From positions 1-44,567 of the forward strand of contig JAGYLS010000008.1 of NCBI GenBank assembly GCA_018400815.1: DNA of 44,567 nucleotides, in the 5' to 3' direction. The DNA is from Candidatus Oleincola secundus (GTDB lineage: Bacteria > Atribacterota > Phoenicimicrobiia > Phoenicimicrobiales > Stramentimicrobiaceae). A model generated the notes under the pieces. That model was not told the origin of the DNA, searched no databases, and saw only the letters and a list, made by a program, of their open reading frames with translations. A program made the position numbers and the translations under genes. Below are positions 28,236 through 38,794 of the stretch, piece by piece. How positions within the stretch are numbered: the first letter of the stretch is position 1; the number at the start of each line of letters is the position of its first letter.

Positions 28236-28513
28236 ACAAAAATCCCCAGCAGTTATTAAATAACTACTGGGGACGAATAAAACTTTCGTGGTACCACCCC
28301 AATTCAGCTTATATTTACCTTCATCAAATGGCATTATAAATAAAGCAATGAATTTGAGCCCTTATTTTAATTAACGCTAATTGCGTTTTGGGATAATCAG
28401 GTTTTCTTTTCTCCCAAAAATTATTCAGATGGATTTCTGTCAATTCCCTGCTGATTTTTCACCAATTTTCAGCTCTCTGAAAAAGAATTTAAACTTACTT
28501 TTCTGAATATCAT
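28236..28513 (-). ncRNA. T-box riboswitch, specifier probably UCC (Ser), with terminator
   Basis: Minus strand: AGTA box, AGAGA, GGTGAA, GAAATCCA specifier loop (TCC at 28433-28431), T-box AATTGGGGTGGTACCACG (28304-28287), terminator TCCCCAGTAGTTATT...AATAACTGCTGGGGA-TTTTT. Confidence 0.93.
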
Positions 28514-28562
28514 AATAAAAATTATCTAATTTTAAATAAAATTCAAAGATTAATTGTTAAAT

Positions 28563-28591
28563 AAACTACCACTTTGGGTATGCATTGTCAA
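28563..28591 (-). promoter_or_regulatory. Putative promoter of the T-box operon
   Basis: TTGACA-17 nt-TAGTTT with a TG extension; the -10 match is weak. Confidence 0.45.
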
Positions 28592-28613
28592 GACTTTTTA
28601 AAATATTTTATTT

Positions 28614-30173
28614 TTAATGCTTAAAACAACGATAACCGGTAAAAACCATAATCATATCATTTCGATTGGCAGCTTCTATGACTTCCTGGTCTCTCTTAGA
28701 ACCACCAGGTTGAATAATAGCCTTTACCCCTGCCCTGGCAGCTTCTTCCAGGCCATCTGAAAATGGGAAGAAGGCATCAGATGCCAAATAGCTATCTTGA
28801 GATTTTTCTCCAGCTTTACGTACAGCAATTTGGACAGAATCTACTCTACTCATCTGGCCAGCTCCGACACCCACCAATCGTTTGTCCTTGGACAGCACAA
28901 TTGCATTTGATTTAACATGTTTTACTATTTTCCAGGCAAGTAGTAATTCTTTTATATCTTCATCAGTAGGTTTTTTTTCTGTAACTACGGTTAAATCATC
29001 TTTTGTTATACCCTTAAAATCACGGTCCTGTAATAAAAATCCACCAGAAACCTTCTTAATATCCTTTATATGGCGATCCTGTATACGTAAATCACCAACT
29101 TGCAGTAATCGACGATTTTTCTTTTCTTTGAGAATGCTTAAAGCGTTTTTACTAAAAGAAGGTGCTACTATTGCCTCAACAAAGGGGGTTTCGTTGATTA
29201 AACCGGCTAACTTTTCTTCTACCCGACGATTAATGCCAATAATACTACCATAAGCAGACAAGGGATCTCCCTGATAAGCCTTTTGATATGCTTCTTCTAT
29301 GGTTTCTGAAGTAGCCAGCCCACAGGGATTAGTATGCTTAATAAAAGTTACAGTAGGTTCATCAAAATCCTTAATAATACCCAGCGCTGCTTCCAGATCA
29401 ACTAAATTATTATAGGAAAGCTCTTTTCCTCCCAATAGTTTCGCATCACCTAGATTCGCTTCTTCTGTAAGCCTTTCATGATAAAAAGCTGCCTTTTGAT
29501 GTGGGTTTTCTCCATATCTTAGAGTGTTAACTTTTTGTGCACCCATAACCAAATAATTGGGGAAAGACCCTTCATTGGGAGTCATCTTTCTACCTAAATA
29601 ACGGGAAATCAGACTATCATAATAAGAAGTATGTTGAAAGACTTTTACAGCCATTTTCTTTCTGGTAGCTAACGATATATTTCCTTCCGGACCTAATAAC
29701 TCTTCTAATACCAGTTTGTAATCATCAGGGTCAATTACTACAGTAACATCACGATAATTTTTAGCAGCTGCCCTGAGAAGTGAAGGACCTCCAATGTCTA
29801 TATTTTCGATTGCTTCTTCTAAAGACACGTCCTCTTGTAACACCGTTTTTTCAAAAGGGTACAAGTTTACCACAATTACCTGTATAGGCATAATATTTTG
29901 CTCTTTCAATTGCTTCCGATGTTCAGGCTTATCACTCTGAGCCAATAATCCACCAAAAATAATGGGGTGTAATGTTTTTACCCTTCCATCCAAAATCTCC
30001 GGAAATTTTGTAACTTCAGAAATCAAAGTAACATTAATATTCGCATTTTTTAATTCTCTTGCAGTGCCACCAGTGGAAATAATTTCATACCCCGCTTTTT
30101 CTAATCCTCTCGCCATTTCAACAATACCTGATTTATCTGAGACACTGATTATTGCCCTTTTTCTTTTTTCCAC
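28614..30173 (-). CDS. purH: Bifunctional AICAR transformylase/IMP cyclohydrolase
   Basis: ISVSDK, GRVKTLHP, NIDIGGP, LRYGENPHQ, KHTNPCG, SDAFFPF and PGGS motifs. Confidence 0.97.
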   Translation of the reverse strand: MEKRKRAIISVSDKSGIVEMARGLEKAGYEIISTGGTARELKNANINVTLISEVTKFPEILDGRVKTLHPIIFGGLLAQSDKPEHRKQLKEQNIMPIQVIVVNLYPFEKTVLQEDVSLEEAIENIDIGGPSLLRAAAKNYRDVTVVIDPDDYKLVLEELLGPEGNISLATRKKMAVKVFQHTSYYDSLISRYLGRKMTPNEGSFPNYLVMGAQKVNTLRYGENPHQKAAFYHERLTEEANLGDAKLLGGKELSYNNLVDLEAALGIIKDFDEPTVTFIKHTNPCGLATSETIEEAYQKAYQGDPLSAYGSIIGINRRVEEKLAGLINETPFVEAIVAPSFSKNALSILKEKKNRRLLQVGDLRIQDRHIKDIKKVSGGFLLQDRDFKGITKDDLTVVTEKKPTDEDIKELLLAWKIVKHVKSNAIVLSKDKRLVGVGAGQMSRVDSVQIAVRKAGEKSQDSYLASDAFFPFSDGLEEAARAGVKAIIQPGGSKRDQEVIEAANRNDMIMVFTGYRCFKH

Positions 30174-30201
30174 TTTTTAATCCCTTTCCTTCTTAAAAAA
30201 T

Positions 30202-31491
30202 CTATATATTCTTACCTGAAGAAAAATTTAATCCTTTTTTGCCAATATCTTTTCTATAATATCCTTTTTCAAAATGTATTTTATTAACTCCCTCATATGC
30301 CTTTTCGATTGCCCCGGTCAGCGTATCTGCCCAGGAAGTAACTCCAAGCACTCTTCCTCCGGAAGTTACAATCTTATCATTCTTTTTCTCAGTTCCGGCA
30401 TGAAATACCATAGTATCCTGTTTATTTAGTAAATCTTCCAACCCCACAATTGTCTTCCCTTTTTCATATTTACCTGGATATCCCCCTGAAGCGATAACAA
30501 CACAAACAGAACTCTGATTCGTCCATTCAACTTTTATCTGATTTAAATTTTCTTCTTGCGTAGCACATAATATTTCAATTAAGTCTGTTTTTAATCCAGG
30601 CAGAATCACTTGTGTTTCCGGATCTCCGAATCGCGCATTAAATTCTAACACCTTGGGTCCCTCTTTCGTTAATATGAGCCCGGCATAAAGTACTCCTTTA
30701 AATTTTCTTCCTTCTTTCTTCATTCCTTTAATTACCGGTTGAAAAATGCTTTTTAAAACCCATTCTTGGGTTTTATTATCAAAAAAAGGAACTGGAGAAT
30801 AAGCCCCCATTCCACCGGTATTCGGTCCCTGATCACCATCGCTGATTTTTTTATGGTCCTGAGAAGGTGTTATAGGAAGGAAATGCTCCCCATCGGTAAA
30901 AACAAGCATAGACACTTCCTCGCCTGTAAGAAACTCTTCAATAATTACCCTTTTACCAGCCTTACCAAATTTATGCTCTTTCATAATCTGAGATATAGCT
31001 TTTTCTGCTTGAGGCAAATCTTCAATAATAAGAACACCTTTACCAGCTGCCAATCCATCCGCCTTGATTACCAGAGGAAAAGACTGTTGCTGTAAATAAA
31101 GCAATGCCTGGTAATAATCTTTAAATACTCGATAACTGGCAGTTGGAACTTGATACTTATCCATGATATATTTGGCAAAAACTTTACTCGATTCTATTTC
31201 TGTCGCTTCCAATGTAGGACCAAATATGGGGTAATTATTTTTCTCGAAGTGGTTGACAATACCTAAAGAAAGGGGTATCTCCGGTCCAACTACGGTTAAA
31301 TCAATTTTTTTATCACGAGCTGCTTGAAATAGGCCATCAATATCTTCGACTTTTATATCCAAGCATTCTGCCTGTGAAGCAATTCCGGCATTACCAGGCG
31401 CACAATATATTTTATCAACTCTTGAACTCTGGGACAACTTCCAAACAATAGTATGCTCTCTACCCCCATTACCAATAACTAATATATTCAA
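30202..31491 (-). CDS. purD: Phosphoribosylamine-glycine ligase
   Basis: GNGGREH, KADGLAAGKGV, GPNTGGMG, EFNARFGDPE and SGGRVL motifs. Confidence 0.97.
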   Translation of the reverse strand: MNILVIGNGGREHTIVWKLSQSSRVDKIYCAPGNAGIASQAECLDIKVEDIDGLFQAARDKKIDLTVVGPEIPLSLGIVNHFEKNNYPIFGPTLEATEIESSKVFAKYIMDKYQVPTASYRVFKDYYQALLYLQQQSFPLVIKADGLAAGKGVLIIEDLPQAEKAISQIMKEHKFGKAGKRVIIEEFLTGEEVSMLVFTDGEHFLPITPSQDHKKISDGDQGPNTGGMGAYSPVPFFDNKTQEWVLKSIFQPVIKGMKKEGRKFKGVLYAGLILTKEGPKVLEFNARFGDPETQVILPGLKTDLIEILCATQEENLNQIKVEWTNQSSVCVVIASGGYPGKYEKGKTIVGLEDLLNKQDTMVFHAGTEKKNDKIVTSGGRVLGVTSWADTLTGAIEKAYEGVNKIHFEKGYYRKDIGKKGLNFSSGKNI

Positions 31492-31742
31492 ATAAGCATC
31501 CTCACAATCTATTTTTCATTTTTATACTATAATGTCTTTCATATTTAAAATTATATTCTAATATTTTATCGATAAATAATCTAATGTGCAAATTAAAAAA
31601 GACAATTTTTGCAAGAATGAATTGTTGTATTACTGGGTTAATACAATTAAACAATTGTTATATTTTCCAGCATACCAATAAAGTTCTTTGTTTTATAATT
31701 GTTTTATTTAACTCGATAACACATGTACAATAATCATTTGGG

Positions 31743-31883
31743 CTCGATACACGATACTCACAACTTGATATTTTTTAAATCACTCAATTTATCAATCTAT
31801 TATTCAAGGAATTCAATAAAGTAGTATTTCTTAGCTATTAATATTGTATTTTGACTCGATACTCAATACGCGATACGCACGAC
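31743..31883. repeat. Two short degenerate heptamer arrays (consensus ~TCGATAC)
   Basis: TCGATAC-ACGATAC-TCACAAC-TTGATAT (31744-31771) and TCGATAC-TCAATAC-GCGATAC-GCACGAC (31856-31883). Confidence 0.55.
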
Positions 31884-31887
31884 AAAT

Positions 31888-32520
31888 TTAAAACACTTCA
31901 TAGCTTAAAAAACGCAATAAACTATTTAATGACCCTGTAGGATAAAGAAAGAGATTATCAGGAATTTTAATTCGTTCTTCGAAAGTTGCTCCCGCTTTTT
32001 TTAATTCACTGATAGTCTTTTCATTTTTAAACATTTGCACTAAAACCTGTTCGCTGGCTAACATCAAGGCACTATATTGTATTGGATGGGGTTTGTACTT
32101 AGTACCTCCTAAATAGCTAAAAATAATGGTATTGGGTTTTGTTGAATGTCTTGCCTGGACAATAGTAATCAATTGAGGACGTAATTCACCTTTGGTAGAA
32201 TCAATAATGGGCAATTTTTTCAGGCGATTATGATAATCAATATAAGTGTGAGGACTATCAATAATTTCAATATTAACGCCTAATTCCTGTGTGCAAATTT
32301 TTTTTAGAAACTGATTTGGTTCAGTTCCCTCTTCCAATTTTCCACCAAAAGCAGATAAGGAAGCTTTTCTTTTATTATTTTCATATATCCAATTCTTGCT
32401 GTCTTTTATTGCAAATACAAATTGATTTTCGTATTTCAGAAAAATAGATGTGTAAACTTCAAAATGACCTTCTACCTTTGATATTTTTTCCACAAAATCA
32501 TTGATCCAGGTTCTATTCAA
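31888..32520 (-). CDS. Hypothetical protein (possible degenerate Nudix fold)
   Basis: 210-aa ORF with TTG start after AAGGAG; FGGKLEEG...QELGV loosely resembles a Nudix box without the REUxEE core. Confidence 0.75.
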   Translation of the reverse strand: MNRTWINDFVEKISKVEGHFEVYTSIFLKYENQFVFAIKDSKNWIYENNKRKASLSAFGGKLEEGTEPNQFLKKICTQELGVNIEIIDSPHTYIDYHNRLKKLPIIDSTKGELRPQLITIVQARHSTKPNTIIFSYLGGTKYKPHPIQYSALMLASEQVLVQMFKNEKTISELKKAGATFEERIKIPDNLFLYPTGSLNSLLRFLSYEVF

Positions 32521-32558
32521 TTGAATATCTCCTTTCTCTTTTTAAAATCAGTAATATT

Positions 32559-34274
32559 CTATGCCAAATAGGCATTGGAAACATACTGTAATACCATACG
32601 ATGGGTGTTAAAAAAAGATGCATTAATGGCAATACAGTGTCGCATCATATTATTCCACTTCTCACGTTGATGATAATAAGTAGGAATAATCTCTCTTTCT
32701 AATTTCTGATAAAGTGAATCAGCTTCTTCCTGGTCAATGCTTTCGAAATTTGCTGCAGAACCAATTGACCAGCCGGTAATACCTTCAATGCATCCTTCGA
32801 CCCACCATCCGTCTAAAATACTAAAACTAGGTACGCCATTGTGTGCTGCTTTCATACCGGATGTACCAGATGCTTCTTTAGGTTTTCTGGGTGTATTTAA
32901 CCATAAATCCACCCCACTTGTCAGCATTTTTCCTAAATCCATATCATAATTTTCCAAATAAATAATTTTGATATATTCCTTTATCTGTTTGGATTCATAA
33001 ATAATCTTTTGTATCAACTCTTTTCCGGAGTTATCTTTGGGATGTGCCTTGCCGGCAAAAATAAGTTGTAGTTTACCCTCTCTTTTTGCTATATCGATCA
33101 GTCGATTTGTATCATGAAAGACCAAATCAGCACGTTTATAGGCAGTAGCCCGTCTGGCAAAACCAATGGTAAAAATATCTTTATCAAAATCTGAATAGGT
33201 TTTTTGATTAATATAATGAATTAGTTCTTCTTTGGCTTTCTGGTGAGTGTTCCAAACCTCATTTCCTGGAATATTAAGAGCATAACGCAAACTAAAAGGA
33301 TCGGATTTCCATCCGGGTATATATTGGTCGTAAAGTTTGGAAAAATGCTTATTTGTCCAGGTTGCAGAGTGAATGCCATTAGTAATGGAGTCAATGTGAT
33401 ATCCTGGGAACATTTCCCGGGAAACCATACCATGTCTTTTTGCTACACCATTAATATAATGGCTAAGATTAAGGGCTAGCTGAGTCATATTCAAATGCTC
33501 TGCACCCGCTAAGTTTTTCAAGAAGTCATATGGAATCAGCTCACCAAGAACCTGCTTGACCAATTCATAAGAAAATTTATCCATCCCGGCAGGGACCGGA
33601 GTATGGGTAGTAAAAACACACTTATTTTTTACCTTATCTATATCCCACTGCCTGGTTTCCTGATTAAGATGGTAATTCAGTAATTCTAGAACTAATAAAC
33701 TGGCATGACCTTCATTCATATGGTATCTGGTAATATCATAATATCCCAGCTCTTTGAGCATTCTAACTCCGCCAATGCCTAAAATAATTTCCTGTGCTAA
33801 ACGATATTTATCATCCCCACCATATAAATAGTAAGAAAGGCTACGATCATAGTCGCTATTTTCAGAAATATCGGTATCTAAAAAATAAATGGGAATAACA
33901 TCACCGTCTATACCTCTTGCCATATACATCCAGGATTGAATTTTAACAATCCTTTTTTCGATTTTTACTTGTACCTGAGCCGGTAATTTTATTAAATATT
34001 CATGGGGATCCCATTCTTCCGCTAATTCCTGTTGATTTCCATTTTGATCAATTTTTTGCTTTAGATAACCTTTTTTATAAAGAAGAGTAATTCCAATCAT
34101 TGGTACCCCAAGATCAGCAGCCGACCGTATTGTATCACCGGCCAAAATACCCAATCCACCACTATAAGTAGGAATCTTTGAATCAACACATATTTCCATA
34201 GAGAAATAGGCAATTTTATTCTCTTTTTTGATACACTCTTCATGTTCAAAGATTAAACCTTTTTTTGCTTCCAT
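32559..34274 (-). CDS. glgP: Alpha-glucan (glycogen/maltodextrin) phosphorylase, short form
   Basis: AYFSME, YSGGLGILAGD, HMNEGH, FARRATAYKR and EASGTSGMKAA (PLP Lys) motifs. Confidence 0.95.
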   Translation of the reverse strand: MEAKKGLIFEHEECIKKENKIAYFSMEICVDSKIPTYSGGLGILAGDTIRSAADLGVPMIGITLLYKKGYLKQKIDQNGNQQELAEEWDPHEYLIKLPAQVQVKIEKRIVKIQSWMYMARGIDGDVIPIYFLDTDISENSDYDRSLSYYLYGGDDKYRLAQEIILGIGGVRMLKELGYYDITRYHMNEGHASLLVLELLNYHLNQETRQWDIDKVKNKCVFTTHTPVPAGMDKFSYELVKQVLGELIPYDFLKNLAGAEHLNMTQLALNLSHYINGVAKRHGMVSREMFPGYHIDSITNGIHSATWTNKHFSKLYDQYIPGWKSDPFSLRYALNIPGNEVWNTHQKAKEELIHYINQKTYSDFDKDIFTIGFARRATAYKRADLVFHDTNRLIDIAKREGKLQLIFAGKAHPKDNSGKELIQKIIYESKQIKEYIKIIYLENYDMDLGKMLTSGVDLWLNTPRKPKEASGTSGMKAAHNGVPSFSILDGWWVEGCIEGITGWSIGSAANFESIDQEEADSLYQKLEREIIPTYYHQREKWNNMMRHCIAINASFFNTHRMVLQYVSNAYLA

Positions 34275-34614
34275 CTTCTCTCCCCATTATTATTTGTATA
34301 TTTATTTTAATTAATTTGCTTAGAATAAAAAAATAATTTTTTCTATTTTCTATCAAACTTATTTGATTGTATCATATTTGGTCAATTTATTTGAAGCTAA
34401 TTATATACTAACATTTCTTTAGATATTTTATAAATTTTTTATAAACTTTTTATGGCTTGTTAAAAATATTGTAATATAATTCTAATAGTGCAGGGAGTCT
34501 ATATATTTTTGTATTTTTATTTATAAGACTCTTAATTTTGTTATTATTAATAGTATATTACTGATATAATATCCCAAAGAATTCTTAAAACCAAAAAAGG
34601 AAAAAATTAAAACA

Positions 34615-36093
34615 GTGACAATTCAAAGAAGACTATGGATATCAAATTTAATACTAATCATCATTACAATAGTTTTGCTAATTGGGGTCAGTTTAGTTAT
34701 TACAAAAAATTTTCAGGATTTTATTGGCTTGCCTTTAACTGATAGCCCTAAGCTTCCTTTTAGTCATCATCTTTACAGAGCCTATCATGCTTTGGGCAAA
34801 ACCATAGAAACTGAACCTGAACGATTTTTAGAACCGGAATACCTCCAGCAAGTTGATGATTTCTTAAATTCCTTTAGTACCGGGTTAGCTGTTAAAAAAA
34901 ATGAAGAGTTCATTTATTTTTCTCCCTTTGTTGCCTCATTAGGATTTAAGAAAGAAGATTTTTCTTTTGCAGAATACAAAGCAGATCCAGGTTCTGAAAA
35001 CCTTACACAGGTTTCAGATAATCTATACATCAAAGCTATGCCTTTTGATTTTGATGATGAATCGAATGGAGTTCTATTCTTGATTAATGATTCTACAGCG
35101 GTATCACAAGAATTACGTCAATTTAAAGAATCAATTATTTATACATTGATTCTATTTCTCGTTATTATGATTATTATAAATACTTTAATAACATATTATT
35201 TATCCAAACAGATTGTTAACCCGTTAATACGTCTAAAAAATGCAGCCTTACAAATCAGAAAAGGTAATTATAATTTTCATCTTCATACTCATTCCAAAGA
35301 CGAGATTGGGGACCTGTTTCAGAGTTTTGAATCAGCCCGTAAACAGTTACAAAAATCCGAAGAAACAAAGAAAAAGTTTGAACAAAATCGCAATGAATTG
35401 ATTAGTAACATTTCCCATGACCTAAAAACCCCGATTACTACTATCAAAGGTTATGTGGAAGGTGTGATGGACGGTGTTCCAAAGTCAAAAGAAAAAAAGG
35501 ATAAATACTTACAGACTATTCACCAAAATGCAGTCCACATGGAATCATTAATCGAAGATCTATTTTTGCTCTCCAAGTTTGATTTAGATCAATCTCTATA
35601 TCAATTTGAGAATATTAATATTAAAGATTACTTAGCTGACTCCTATGAAGAATTAAGATTTAATCTGGAAGAAAAAGGAATCCGGCTTGATTTTGAAGCC
35701 CGTTATAATGAAAAAATCCCGGTGAAAGCAGACCGGCAACAGTTGAAGAGAGTCATTCTTAATATCATCAATAATGCTATAAACTATAAGAATAATACTA
35801 ATCCGGTAATTAAAATGATATTAACAGAAACAGAAGATGAAGCGCAGATTGAGATCCGTGATAACGGAAAAGGTATTCCTGAAGACCTGTTGAGCAAAAT
35901 CTTTGACCGTTTCTATAAGGCAGATAAAGCCCGTTCAGATCATGCATCTGGTACAGGTTTAGGTCTCTATATTGCCCAGAAAATCATTTTGGACCAAAAT
36001 GGCCATATTTGGGTAAAAAGTAAAACTGGTCATGGTACCAGTATTTTCTTTACCTTGAAGAAAATAAATAAAAATACAACAATTCATAAATAA
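34615..36093 (+). CDS. HAMP-domain sensor histidine kinase
   Basis: Two TM segments, HAMP (DEIGDL), H-box SHDLKTP, and N/G1/F/G2 boxes (DNGKG, FDRFYK, GTGLGL). Confidence 0.96.
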   Translation: MTIQRRLWISNLILIIITIVLLIGVSLVITKNFQDFIGLPLTDSPKLPFSHHLYRAYHALGKTIETEPERFLEPEYLQQVDDFLNSFSTGLAVKKNEEFIYFSPFVASLGFKKEDFSFAEYKADPGSENLTQVSDNLYIKAMPFDFDDESNGVLFLINDSTAVSQELRQFKESIIYTLILFLVIMIIINTLITYYLSKQIVNPLIRLKNAALQIRKGNYNFHLHTHSKDEIGDLFQSFESARKQLQKSEETKKKFEQNRNELISNISHDLKTPITTIKGYVEGVMDGVPKSKEKKDKYLQTIHQNAVHMESLIEDLFLLSKFDLDQSLYQFENINIKDYLADSYEELRFNLEEKGIRLDFEARYNEKIPVKADRQQLKRVILNIINNAINYKNNTNPVIKMILTETEDEAQIEIRDNGKGIPEDLLSKIFDRFYKADKARSDHASGTGLGLYIAQKIILDQNGHIWVKSKTGHGTSIFFTLKKINKNTTIHK

Positions 36094-36115
36094 ATAGGAG
36101 AACAACAAATAAAAA

Positions 36116-36805
36116 ATGAAAAAAATTCTGATTATTGAAGACCAACAGAGTATTGCAGAATTAGAAAAAGATTATCTGGAAATAAATGACTTTAAGGTAG
36201 ATATAAAAAATAATGGCCGGGAAGGTCTTAACCAGGCTTTAACTGAGAATTATGACCTTATTTTACTCGATCTAATGTTACCGGATATAGATGGTTTTGA
36301 GGTATGTAAAAAAATACGGAATAAAACAAATATCCCCATATTGATTATTTCTGCCAGAGGAGAAGATATTGATAAGATTCGCGGATTAGGACTGGGGGCT
36401 GATGATTATATTAGTAAGCCCTTTAGTCCCAATGAATTGGTAGCCAGAGTCAAGGCACACCTGGATCGATTTGATCGGCTTACCGGTAAAACTGAAAAAA
36501 TAAAACATATAATTCAAATAAAAAATCTAACTATTAACCAAATTTCTCACCATGTCTTTCTGGACAACCGGGAAATCAATCTTACCACCAAAGAATTTGA
36601 AATACTGAACTTCCTGGCATCCCATCCCAATATTGTCTTTAGCAAAGAGCAACTATATGACCATGTATGGGGTGATGATTCTTATGGTGATATTGCTACT
36701 ATTGCGGTTCATATCAAAAAAATTAGGGATAAAATTGAAAAAGATCCCCAAAATCCCCGTTTTATTGATACATTATGGGGTTCCGGTTACCGCTTTAATG
36801 CTTAA
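36116..36805 (+). CDS. OmpR-family response regulator
   Basis: Receiver domain (IED, LLDLMLP, KPF) and winged helix (KEFEIL, VHIKKIRDKIE, WGSGY). Confidence 0.96.
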   Translation: MKKILIIEDQQSIAELEKDYLEINDFKVDIKNNGREGLNQALTENYDLILLDLMLPDIDGFEVCKKIRNKTNIPILIISARGEDIDKIRGLGLGADDYISKPFSPNELVARVKAHLDRFDRLTGKTEKIKHIIQIKNLTINQISHHVFLDNREINLTTKEFEILNFLASHPNIVFSKEQLYDHVWGDDSYGDIATIAVHIKKIRDKIEKDPQNPRFIDTLWGSGYRFNA

Positions 36806-36880
36806 TCAATTCTATCCCAGTTTATCTCATTTCTTTTTGGAAAAGAGATTGCAGTCGTTTCATCCATTCTGAGTTAATAT

Positions 36881-38101
36881 TTATTCATATCTCAATGCAT
36901 CAACCGGGTTCATCCTGGCCGCTTTCATGGCAGGATATAATCCAAAAAAGACCCCTATAAATAAGGCAAAGCCAAAAGCTAAAACTACAGAAATAACCGG
37001 AATTATCAAAGGCCAATCAGCAAAATTGGACAAAAAATAGGCAATTAACCAGCCTAAACCAACACCAATCATTCCGCCTACACTGCTCAAACTTAATGAT
37101 TCCATTAAAAATTGAAACAGTATATTTTTATTTTTGGCACCCAATGCCTTACGGATACCTATTTCCCGGGTTCGCTCGGTAACCGATACCAGCATAATAT
37201 TCATAATGCCAATCCCGCCTACCAAAAGAGAAATGGCAGCAATTCCACCCAGCATCAGGCTCATGGTATTGGTAACTGAACTAACCGTACCAAGAATTTC
37301 GTCCTGACTGATAATCTTAAAATTTTCTTTATCCGGGTCATCTAATGCCTTTATCATAAAATTTTCTAATTCTTTTGCGGCATTGGAAGCTTTTTCTGAG
37401 GAATATGACTGTGCTAGATAAGAATTAACATAATTATGGGCTGTCATTCTGTCCATAGCCACGGATAAGGGAATATAAGCCTGCTCATCCAGGCTTCCGG
37501 CCATAGAACCACCCTTTTCTTTCATTACCCCAATTACGGTAAATACAAAAATCCGACCATTATAATTTATTTTAACTCCTTTGCCAATAGGATTTTCATT
37601 GTCAAACAAATCTTCAGCCAATTGAGAACCCAGTACAATCACCTGTCTTCTCTCACGATCATCATCCTGGCTGAGAAAAACACCTTGTGCTACTCCATAA
37701 TTATTGACTTGAGCATATTCATCTATTGTGCCTATTACCGTAGCGCTAACATTGATATCATCTGAGATTAATGTACCGCTTACCTGTTTTATGGGAATAA
37801 CCTTTTTTACTGATGGAGAAAACATTTCCATATAATCAGCCATTTCCAGGGTAAAATTTTCCTGCGAACTTCCCCCACTGACTGTGCTCGCCTGCCCTCT
37901 CACTGTTTTTGAGTAAATGGTAATCATATTGGAACCTAAATCGGCAATTCGAGAAGTAACCTGTTGAGTAGAACCGGTACCAACAGATACAATAGCAATA
38001 ACTGCGCCTACACCAATAATGATACCCAGCATAGAAAGAAAAGTACGCATTTTATTTGCCCATAAACTCTCCAGGGCAATTTTTAAGCCTTGTAATATCA
38101 T
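36881..38101 (-). CDS. MacB/FtsX-family ABC permease
   Basis: [38 protein letters not shown] and PVDALRYE motifs. Confidence 0.95.
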   Translation of the reverse strand: MILQGLKIALESLWANKMRTFLSMLGIIIGVGAVIAIVSVGTGSTQQVTSRIADLGSNMITIYSKTVRGQASTVSGGSSQENFTLEMADYMEMFSPSVKKVIPIKQVSGTLISDDINVSATVIGTIDEYAQVNNYGVAQGVFLSQDDDRERRQVIVLGSQLAEDLFDNENPIGKGVKINYNGRIFVFTVIGVMKEKGGSMAGSLDEQAYIPLSVAMDRMTAHNYVNSYLAQSYSSEKASNAAKELENFMIKALDDPDKENFKIISQDEILGTVSSVTNTMSLMLGGIAAISLLVGGIGIMNIMLVSVTERTREIGIRKALGAKNKNILFQFLMESLSLSSVGGMIGVGLGWLIAYFLSNFADWPLIIPVISVVLAFGFALFIGVFFGLYPAMKAARMNPVDALRYE

Positions 38102-38787
38102 GCTACTACCTCATCTTTATCAATCAAACCATCTTTTAAATGGATTATTCTTTTGGCGTATCTGGCAACTTCCGGTTCATGGGTAACCAGAATAATAGTA
38201 TTCCCTTCCTCATGTAATTTTTGAATAATATCCATGATATCCAAGCCGGTTTTGGAATCCAGATTGCCGGTTGGTTCATCAGCTAAAATAATGGAAGGAT
38301 GATTGACCAATGCCCTGGCAATGGCTACCCGCTGCTTCTGGCCACCGGAAATCTCATTAGGCCGATGACTAACCCGCTCACCCAGTCCTACATCCTGCAG
38401 AGCCTGTAATGCTATTTTTTTTCTTTCTCTTGCCGGAATGCCGGCATAAATCAAAGGAAGTTCAACATTTCTTAAGTTAGTAGCCCGGGGTAACAGGTTA
38501 AACTGCTGGAAGACAAAACCAATTTTTTTACTGCGAAATAAGGCTAACTGGTTATCACTAAGGTTACTGACATCCTGGTCAGCAAGTAAATATTCCCCCC
38601 CACTGGCATAATCCAAACAGCCTATAATATGCATTAGGGTAGATTTTCCTGAACCTGAAGGACCCATAATAGAAACAAATTCTCCTTCATTTACTGCAAA
38701 AGATACTCCTCTTAGGGCTTCTACTTTCACTTTTCCCAGATGATAGATTTTGGTCATTTTTTCTATTTTCATTACTACTTTGCTCAT
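38098..38787 (-). CDS. MacB/LolD-family ABC ATPase
   Basis: [25 protein letters not shown] and VTHE motifs. Confidence 0.96.
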   Translation of the reverse strand: MSKVVMKIEKMTKIYHLGKVKVEALRGVSFAVNEGEFVSIMGPSGSGKSTLMHIIGCLDYASGGEYLLADQDVSNLSDNQLALFRSKKIGFVFQQFNLLPRATNLRNVELPLIYAGIPARERKKIALQALQDVGLGERVSHRPNEISGGQKQRVAIARALVNHPSIILADEPTGNLDSKTGLDIMDIIQKLHEEGNTIILVTHEPEVARYAKRIIHLKDGLIDKDEVVA

Positions 38788-38794
38788 TTTTACT

